Positions 7,705-13,595 of a DNA stretch of 13,595 nucleotides are shown here, piece after piece. Both the position numbers and the translations under genes were made by a program. The notes beneath the pieces were generated by a model. The model saw only the letters and a list, made by a program, of their open reading frames with translations, was not told the DNA's origin and did not search any database. The DNA is from Prasinococcaceae sp. CCMP 1430 (lineage: Eukaryota > Plantae > Prasinodermophyta), in the NCBI GenBank assembly GCA_013416795.1, contig RQSC01001150.1, positions 1-13,595 on the forward strand, in the 5' to 3' direction. The first letter of the stretch is position 1. Each line of letters starts with the position of its first letter.

Positions 7705-8913
7705 TCAAAACTCAATTAGGGTATTATTGCTGACGCCCGCCGCCGCCCCGTCCACGTATTGCTCCTGCTGTGCTTGCTCGGACGCGCAGTATGAAGCGCC
7801 CAGCCCTTTGGCCGCGCGCCAGCGCACGCAGTTCGCGTCGACCACGTGCAGCGCGCCTGCGTGCGCATCGGCGATGTACGCGTACGGGTGCGCATGGTGC
7901 TCTTCGGTGTACGAGTTGCTGCCGGGCAGGGGCCGCGCCACAGCGTCCTGGCCGGTAAACACCACCGGGGAGAGGGTGCGAGCGCTAAAGCCACTTGCCG
8001 GCGCCTGGCTGAGTGTGCCGAGGATAACTGGCGAGCGCCTGTTGTCAACGCTTATTCTCACCACGCAGTCCTTGCAGCCCTGCGCGGAGGCGAGGAGCAC
8101 CGTTGGGCTCACCAGCGCTAGAGCGCGCACGCGATCCAGCAGCGGGTCGCGCACAGAGGAGCGAACCTGCGGCCGCGTCGGATCGGCCAGGTCGATGACG
8201 GCCACGGTAGCGGTGACCTCGGCAGCAACGTACGCGTGTGCCATGGGCTGGTCAATCTCGATGGCACGCGCGCCGCAGAGTGTGCCGAAGAAGCGCGTCT
8301 CATCCCAGTCCTTGTAGCCCACCGTGCAGTCGCGCACGGAGCCAAGCAGCACCGGCTGCACGCGCATGCGTCCGGAGGTCGTATATCCCTGTGTGCCGCC
8401 CGGCGTGTCGTCGACCTCTCCACCCCCCCACAGTTCGGCGGCGATGCTCACGACGCTGACGGCGCCGTCGGCGTTCGGGAAGCTCCCTCGTGCGGCCACC
8501 ACCGCAGTGTACCGGTCGAGCATGCCGACGGCCGTGGCCTGGCGCAGGGCGACGCTGTCTGTGATGTGTCCGACGATGACCGGCTCGTTGGGGCGGTAGA
8601 CGTCGACTACTGTCAATGCGTCTGCATCCTGCGCCGCAACAACCACGTGGTGCCCGTTCGCACCGCCACCGGCGACAGCCGCGCCCGAGGCGCCGCAGAG
8701 CGGGCCAACGCGTGGTCGGGCCGGCACGGCGCCACGTGCAGCTGCGGGCCCGCAGCCGACGGCCGTGCCGACTGCCGCGCCCCCGTGCGCGACGTGCGCG
8801 ACGTCGTCGACGGCTGAAGAGTGCTCCACGCCGAGCTGAGCGCGCGCGCGCCGCGGCGCGCATAGGAGCGCCCACAGGAGCGCCGCGCACAGCGCACCCG
8901 CGCTCGCGCGCAT
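7705..8913 (-). CDS. Secreted LVIVD-repeat-like beta-propeller protein, 402 aa
   Basis: True ATG at 8913 and signal peptide MRASAGALCAALLWALLCAPRRARA|Q. About 5 repeats: ALTVVDVYRPNEPVIVGHI, AYVAAEVTATVAVIDLADPTRPQVRSSV, VVRISVDNRRSPVILGTL, YAYIADAHAGALHVVDA and one with an insertion. Recurring linkers LRQATAV / LCGARAI / LDRVRAL. No intron is needed. Confidence 0.7.
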   Translation of the reverse strand: MRASAGALCAALLWALLCAPRRARAQLGVEHSSAVDDVAHVAHGGAAVGTAVGCGPAAARGAVPARPRVGPLCGASGAAVAGGGANGHHVVVAAQDADALTVVDVYRPNEPVIVGHITDSVALRQATAVGMLDRYTAVVAARGSFPNADGAVSVVSIAAELWGGGEVDDTPGGTQGYTTSGRMRVQPVLLGSVRDCTVGYKDWDETRFFGTLCGARAIEIDQPMAHAYVAAEVTATVAVIDLADPTRPQVRSSVRDPLLDRVRALALVSPTVLLASAQGCKDCVVRISVDNRRSPVILGTLSQAPASGFSARTLSPVVFTGQDAVARPLPGSNSYTEEHHAHPYAYIADAHAGALHVVDANCVRWRAAKGLGASYCASEQAQQEQYVDGAAAGVSNNTLIEF

Positions 8914-8995
8914 CCGGTGGCCGGGCCTGGCCGGCGCGAGCGCGCGCGTTAGTGCACCCCCACCATGTGCACCTCAGGGGCGCAGCCGCCCGGGA

Positions 8996-9019
8996 GGGGG
9001 GGGGGGGGGGGGGGGGGGG
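8996..9019 (+). repeat. G24 homopolymer followed by a (GCG)n-like run
   Basis: 24 consecutive G at 8996-9019, 83-106 nt upstream of the LVIVD-gene ATG. The exact length may be affected by sequencing error. Confidence 0.85.
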
Positions 9020-9371
9020 ATGGCGAGCGGCGGCGGCGGCGGCGCGCTCGCTCTGGCGAGGCAGCGCGCCCCGCGCTCCGGCAACCTGTCCCCACCTCGC
9101 CGGTGGCACTGCCTAGGCTAGGCCCAGCCACGCACGCTGGCGGTCGGTCGGCTGGGGGAACGGCCCCAAGCGAGCGCGCGGGCGCGGAACGCTACGATAC
9201 CAATTTCCCAACAAGAAGCTGGAAGCTAGAAGTAGAAGGTCAGTGTCAGCAGGAAACACGGACGCTTCCTGGGGCGGGCCCACCCGAACGGCTCTAATGC
9301 AAGCACTGGAACAGACCCCGACCGATCGGAAGCACTCCTGAGAAACGTTTGCCGACCCACCCACCCAACCA

Positions 9372-9571
9372 GGGGCCGAAATGATGGCACCGAATGTATT
9401 GCGTATGTCCATACAGTGTGAGATGAGGTGTGCTGCGCGTCCCTCTCCTCCCTCCCACGCGTCTGCGCTCGAAAGGTGGCGGAACCCCAACCCATCCTCA
9501 TTTCGGGTCCCCGCCGCTTTTCGGAGCCGCGATTTTCATCTCATATATCACTCTGTCCCTTCATTTCACGG
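9372..9571 (+). ncRNA. Candidate structured non-coding RNA / fold-back element (unassigned)
   Basis: Nested complementary blocks: GAAATGA(9378-84)/TCATTTC(9561-67), GTGTGAGATGAGG(9416-28)/TTTCATCTCATAT(9534-46), and a long inner hairpin 9465-9487/9505-9530. G.U wobbles favour the + strand. It lies in a ~1.1-kb intergenic stretch with no credible ORF. Confidence 0.35.
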
Positions 9572-9580
9572 TATAGATGA

Positions 9581-9621
9581 ATTTAAATACCGCATCTTTG
9601 ATCGGAAGGGGCGTAGGGTTT
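9581..9621 (-). promoter_or_regulatory. TATA-like box (TATTTAAAT, 9589-9581) and telo-box (AAACCCTA, 9621-9614)
   Basis: Both motifs are exact on the minus strand. This is the most TATA-like sequence in the window, and the telo-box lies ~25 nt upstream of it. Confidence 0.4.
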
Positions 9622-10060
9622 GTGAAGCGGGCGCAGGCGCAAGATGCCTTTGCGCGCGCGGGAGCATCTTTTCTGGCGCGGCGGCCGTTGGCGGCCCGCG
9701 GTTCGAACGGACAGATCTTTTCCGCTCGGCCCGCCCCGCCCGCGCGCGCCATCAAAACGCAGGGGCGCGCCCCCGACTTCGCAGGCCTCGTTCGCGCGCG
9801 CGCGCGCCCGCGCTGGCGCGCGTCGTTGGGGTGTTGACCGACGCAGGGCTTAACAATTCGAATTTGTCCCGTCGAAATGGGTGTGGATGCCAACGTTGCG
9901 TGGCGGGCGGCAGCGCGAGGGTTTGGGTTGGGGGGGGGGCGCGCGCGCGTGAGTCCGGCGCGCGACGCGGCGCGCCGTGCCCACCGTGGCACCGCTCGCG
10001 GCCACGCCAGTGACGCCGCGCAAGGCGCACACCACGCGGCCGGCGGCCTCGGAGAAGGTG

Positions 10061-11116
10061 ATGTGGAAGGAGGTGGTCGCGGGCGCCTGTGGCGGCAGCG
10101 CGCTCACGCTGGTGCTCTACCCGCTCAACATGGTGCGCACGTGTCTGATGAGTGGCGAGAGCGCCGCGGCCGTGCTGGCCACCGTCCGCGCGGCGGGCGT
10201 CGCGCGCCTCTACAAGGGCCTCGCACCGGACCTGATGGTCAACATGCCTTACAGCATACTGTACATGCCCGTGTACGAGGGCCTCAAGAGCGCGGACGTG
10301 CCCAAGCCCCTCGCCGCCTCGTGTGCTGTGGCAGCAGCGTCCATCGCCACCGTGCCCGCCGACATCGTCACGCAGCGCACGCAGTTGGGCCTGCACCCGA
10401 CGGCTGCCGCGGCAGCGCGGGTCATCGTGGCGAAGAGCGGCGTCAAAGGGCTGTACAAGGGGCTGGCGCCCACGCTGCTGCGGCTGTGCCCGCACCACGC
10501 GGTGCAGTGGACCGCGTACGAGACGCTGTGCGCGGCGGCGAAGGCAAACTCTGGCCGCGAGCGCGTGACGACGGGCGAGAGTGCCGCCATCGGCGGCCTG
10601 AGCGGCGCGCTTGCTGCGCTCGCCACGCAGCCGCTCGACGTGGTCAAGACGCGCATGCAGACGCGCGCCGGTTACGCGACCGTCGCCACGACCGTGCAGA
10701 GGATCGCGCGCGAAGAGGGCATCCGTGCGTTCGGCAAGGGCCTCGTGCCGCGCATGCTCAACATTTTCCCATCCACCGCCATTTTCTATGCGGTGTTTGA
10801 GGGGGTCAAGACATGCATGTACGCTCAGGGCAAGGAGCAGATCGAGGAGCCACAGCAGCAGGCGCACGCTCTGGTCGTGAACGCCGATGAGGACGACGAC
10901 GACCAGCGGCGTTTGGAGTCGCGCGCGCCGCTTGAGCGCGTGTCGCCTGGCGGCGCGCTCGTGCCGCCGCTGCCGCACACGCGGCAGCACCTCGCCCTGC
11001 TGCCCAAGTGCCGCGTTACACACGTCGCGAGCGGCGGGGTTGCGGGTGCTCCGGCCATGGCGTCGCTCTCAACATCAGTGCATGTCACGAACGCCGAGGC
11101 CACCTCCACGGACTGA
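10061..11116 (+). CDS. Mitochondrial carrier family (SLC25/MCF) protein, S-adenosylmethionine-carrier-like, ~351 aa
   Basis: Three carrier repeats: YPLNMVRTCL...LYKGL, VPADIVTQRTQ...GLYKGLAPTLLR and QPLDVVKTRMQ...EEGIRAFGKGLVPR. First in-frame ATG at 10061 (the track's 9977 start is GTG). There is a ~98-aa C-terminal tail. The substrate is not established. Confidence 0.88.
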   Translation: MWKEVVAGACGGSALTLVLYPLNMVRTCLMSGESAAAVLATVRAAGVARLYKGLAPDLMVNMPYSILYMPVYEGLKSADVPKPLAASCAVAAASIATVPADIVTQRTQLGLHPTAAAAARVIVAKSGVKGLYKGLAPTLLRLCPHHAVQWTAYETLCAAAKANSGRERVTTGESAAIGGLSGALAALATQPLDVVKTRMQTRAGYATVATTVQRIAREEGIRAFGKGLVPRMLNIFPSTAIFYAVFEGVKTCMYAQGKEQIEEPQQQAHALVVNADEDDDDQRRLESRAPLERVSPGGALVPPLPHTRQHLALLPKCRVTHVASGGVAGAPAMASLSTSVHVTNAEATSTD

Positions 11117-11233
11117 AGTCGCGCCACCACCACGCACGAATGCGCGCCCGAACAACATGTACCATAGCCAGGCGTGCCTGGCGTCATTTGATCTTTTCAA
11201 CTGAACAGGGCAAGCAGCCTGCCAGCACTCGTC

Positions 11234-11258
11234 TATATATTTTTAATAAATGTATGAA
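11234..11258. terminator. AT-rich island with overlapping AATAAA (+) and ATTAAA (-) between convergent genes
   Basis: TATATATTTTTAATAAATGTATGAA: AATAAA at 11245-11250 on + and ATTAAA at 11247-11242 on -, between the carrier stop (11116) and the NUP62 stop (11493). Confidence 0.45.
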
Positions 11259-11474
11259 TCTACCACTTCGCGAGGGCTGGCACGCGTACCTGTAGCTCCG
11301 ACTCTCGCCCCACCCACCCACCCCCCCGTCGCGCGCGCGCGCTCGGAGACGAGCGTGCCGGCGCATTCGATCGATGTGAGGGCACCTGCCATGCAATTCC
11401 GTGATGCCGCCTAGGTTTACTGCAACTACACTGTGTGCGAGCGACTACTGATTGCGAGTAGCCATTTGCGAGGC

Positions 11475-11497
11475 AGCCAGCCAGCTAGCTAGCTAGC
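11475..11497. repeat. Tetranucleotide microsatellite (AGCC)2(AGCT)3AGC overlapping the NUP62 stop codon
   Basis: Read directly from the sequence; the AGCT part is self-complementary. Confidence 0.7.
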
Positions 11498-13288
11498 GCG
11501 GCATGTATCCGCCGGCCGCGTACAGGGCGCCCGCCGGTGACGCCGGCGGTGGTGCGTGCGCGTGCGGCGCGGTGCCCGGCGCGCCGGCGCCACCGACGCC
11601 GTCGGCACCGCCGGCGTCGTACGAGCGCAACTTGGCCTCGATCGCAGTAGCCTGCTTGTCGAGCCACACGAGGCTCGAGAGCTGGTTGTTGAGGATGGCA
11701 ACCACAGCGGAGATGGGGTTTGAGGCGTCCGCCTCGCGCGAGCGACTGTCATTGAGGCTCTCGATGGTTTCGCGCAGCTGCTGGCCCATGGCGACAAGCT
11801 GGCGACTGATTTCCTCTGCGGCGGCGTACATGGCCTTGCGGGTGCTCGCGGCGCCGTGCGGATCGGTGTTCCCTCCCGCTCCGCCCGCGCCGCCGCCCGC
11901 CTGCTCGCCCCGCGCGTCGAACATCGACGCCACCGACTTCTCCATCGACAGCAGCGACTGGTGCACCTCGCGCTGGTGCACCTCGAGGATCTCCAGCTCG
12001 TGCTGCGCGCGTGTCTGCGCGCTCTGAACGTATCTGAGCTCCGTGCTCAGCTCCAGCTGCCGCGCAGAAGCCGCCAGGATGTGCTTGTCCCAGTCGCCGA
12101 CCTGCTTCGCGAACTCTTTGAATCTTGTCGTCTGCGTCTCCAGCGCGTCGTTCCACCCACTTATTATCTCCCCGACCGTGCGCCCGGCATAGTCTGACGG
12201 TGGCTTTGCGGCCGCCGGCGCAGACACGCCCGTAGGCTTCGCCGACGCCGCGCCCGCCGACGCCGACGCGGTCCCGCCGAAGAGAGACGCGGTGCCTGAG
12301 GCGGGCGCGGCGGTTGTCGCCGTCCCGGCTGCGGCAGGCTCCTTCGCCGCGGAGTCCGCAGGCTTGGGCGCACCGAACGCTGGCGTGCTGAGCGCCGCGG
12401 GTCCAGCCGAGGCCGCGGGCGTCGAGCCCGCAGCCCCAGATCCAAACAGCGGCGCGGCGGCAGGCGCCTTGTCGGCCGCGCCCGAGGCGGTCGAGGCCGG
12501 GGGCGCTGTCGATGCAGCGGGCGCTGCAGCAGCTGCCGGCGCGGCCGCCGCGCCGAATGTGGGCGTCGCGGTGGGTGCCGCCGAAGCTGCAGGCGCTGCG
12601 CCGAACGTGGGTGTCGCCGCAGGCGCCGCCGACGCTGCCGGCGTCGCAGCCCCTCCGAACAGGGGAGTCGTCGCCGCAGGCGCCGCCGACGCTGCCGGCG
12701 TCGCAGCCCCACCGAACAGGGGAGTCGCTGCAGCAGGCGCCGCCGATGCTGCCGGCGTCGCACCAGCGCCGAACAAGGGCGTCGTAGCAGGCGCCGCCGA
12801 AGCTGCAGGCGTCACAGCCGCACCGAACAGGGGAGTTGTAGCGGCAGGGGCCGCCGACGCTGCCGGTGTCGCACCTGCGCCGAACAAGGGCGTCGTGGCA
12901 GGCGCCGCAGACGCCGCGGGCGTCGCAGCCCCGCCGAACAAGGGAGTCGCGGGCGCAGCCGCCCCACCAGACGGCGCGCCGAACGTCGGCGTCGCGGCAG
13001 GCGCCGCCGACGCAGCAGGTGTCGCACTCGCACCAAATAGGGGCGTCGCAGGCGCAGCCGCCACACCGGCCGAGGCACCAAATGTGGGTGTGGCGGCGGG
13101 CGCCGCCGACGCTGCGGGTGTCGCACCCCCACCGAACAAGGGCGTCGCGGCGCCTGCCGCAGGCGCCGCACCAAACGCCGGTGTCGCGGCAGGCGTTGCC
13201 GCCGCCGCGCCAAATAATCCCCCTGCAGGCGCCGCACTGCCGCCGGCCGCGCCGCCAGCCGGCGCACCAAACGCGGGCGTCGACGCGC
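11493..13288 (-). CDS. NUP62: FG nucleoporin NUP62/Nsp1, last exon (N-terminus in an unresolved upstream exon)
   Basis: 18 FG motifs in an Ala/Pro/Thr domain, followed by the Nsp1_C coiled coil (RTVGEIISGWNDALETQTTRFKEFAKQVGDWDKHIL...ELEILEVHQREVHQSLLSME...ILNNQLSSLVWLD). Stop TAG at 11495-11493. There is no ATG before the coiled coil, so an upstream exon is required. Confidence 0.9.
12560..13150 (-). repeat. Coding tandem repeat of 54-57 nt (18-19 aa, ATPAASAAPAATTPLFG) in the NUP62 FG domain
   Basis: About 9 degenerate units; 12613-12669 and 12670-12726 are identical at 56 of 57 nt. Confidence 0.85.
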
Positions 13289-13323
13289 CTGCGCAGCCCG
13301 CCACAGCCGCCCGCGCGTGTCAG
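13289..13323 (-). other. 3' end of a phase-1 intron in NUP62 (branch point plus acceptor)
   Basis: CTGAC at 13323-13319 and CAG at 13291-13289, spaced like the RecQ4 intron. An in-frame TGA at the branch point closes the ORF upstream. Confidence 0.65.
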
Positions 13324-13595
13324 ACACAGAGGAGGCAGGGATGGGCGCGGCAGGCGGTGGCGCTCGCGTGCAGATCACAAGCGCCTCGCGTGCACTGGTT
13401 TCCGCGGTTGGGTGCATGCGCACTGTTCGAATCACGCGCTCGCGGTCGCGTCGCCACCGAGGCGCTCGGCAGCGCTGGCGCGCTTTCCAGCGCGCAGCCT
13501 CGGCGCGTGAGGAGCGGCAGCCCATCCTCCGCGCAAAAGCGCCGCGGGGCTCCGCGTACGCGCGCGTGCGCACAGCGCGGGCCGCCGCGGGCCCG

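Noticed and set aside
9338-9343. CTGAGA as the core of a TPP riboswitch
   Set aside because: The downstream ACCTGAT...AATGC...GCG.AGGGA elements and the P2 pairing are missing.
9483-9493. AACCCCAACCC as a telomerase template for TTGGGG repeats
   Set aside because: It is partly paired in the predicted hairpin, there is no downstream U/A-rich pseudoknot or upstream TATA on +, and TTGGGG is not the expected green-algal repeat.
9506-9615. GGTCCCC ... GGGGCGTA as the RNase MRP P4 helix
   Set aside because: The GAAAG before TCCCC is lacking, the spacing is too short, and no GARAR loop or ANAGNNA box is present.
9752-11023. 423-aa minus-strand ORF and the many other long Arg/Ala/Pro-rich ORFs in the track
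   Set aside because: These are antisense or alternate-frame shadows of real genes in stop-poor GC-rich DNA. They have no recognisable domains, and many begin at TTG/GTG/CTG.
11393-11455. C/D snoRNA (GCAA..GTGATGC...CTGA-TTGC)
   Set aside because: The C box is imperfect, the stem-to-box spacing is wrong for a K-turn, and only ~7 nt of rRNA complementarity is apparent.
12560-13150. Regularly spaced repeats as a CRISPR array or transposon
   Set aside because: The units are in-frame multiples of three with synonymous variation and encode FG-nucleoporin repeats. There are no unique spacers, cas genes or terminal repeats.
13425-13433. GTTCGAATC tRNA B-box/T-loop (also GGTTCGAAC at 9700)
   Set aside because: No T-stem, A-box or cloverleaf can be formed.

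Overview
This is GC-rich (roughly 70% by eye), gene-dense eukaryotic nuclear DNA with few introns, most consistent with a compact green-lineage alga (inferred from plant-type RecQ4, PILS-like and CX9C proteins). Seven protein genes are supportable: (1) a DUF212/divergent PAP2 membrane protein (+), (2) a small twin-CX9C protein (-), (3) a two-exon RecQ4-type helicase with an N-terminal Sld2-like domain (+), (4) a PILS/auxin-efflux-carrier-family transporter with no in-frame ATG (-), (5) a signal-peptide LVIVD-repeat beta-propeller protein of prokaryotic flavour (-), (6) a SAM-carrier-like mitochondrial carrier family protein with one matrix salt bridge replaced (+), and (7) the FG nucleoporin NUP62/Nsp1, whose first exon is unresolved (-). 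The most unexplained non-coding signals are a ~200-nt nested-helix element at 9372-9571, next to a TATA box, telo-box and orphan splice acceptor, and a ~105-nt two-hairpin plus U-tract element at 1733-1841 in a divergent promoter. Most ORFs in the supplied track are GC-driven shadow ORFs, and many of its 'M' starts are TTG/GTG/CTG. All family assignments come from motif recognition; no database search was run.
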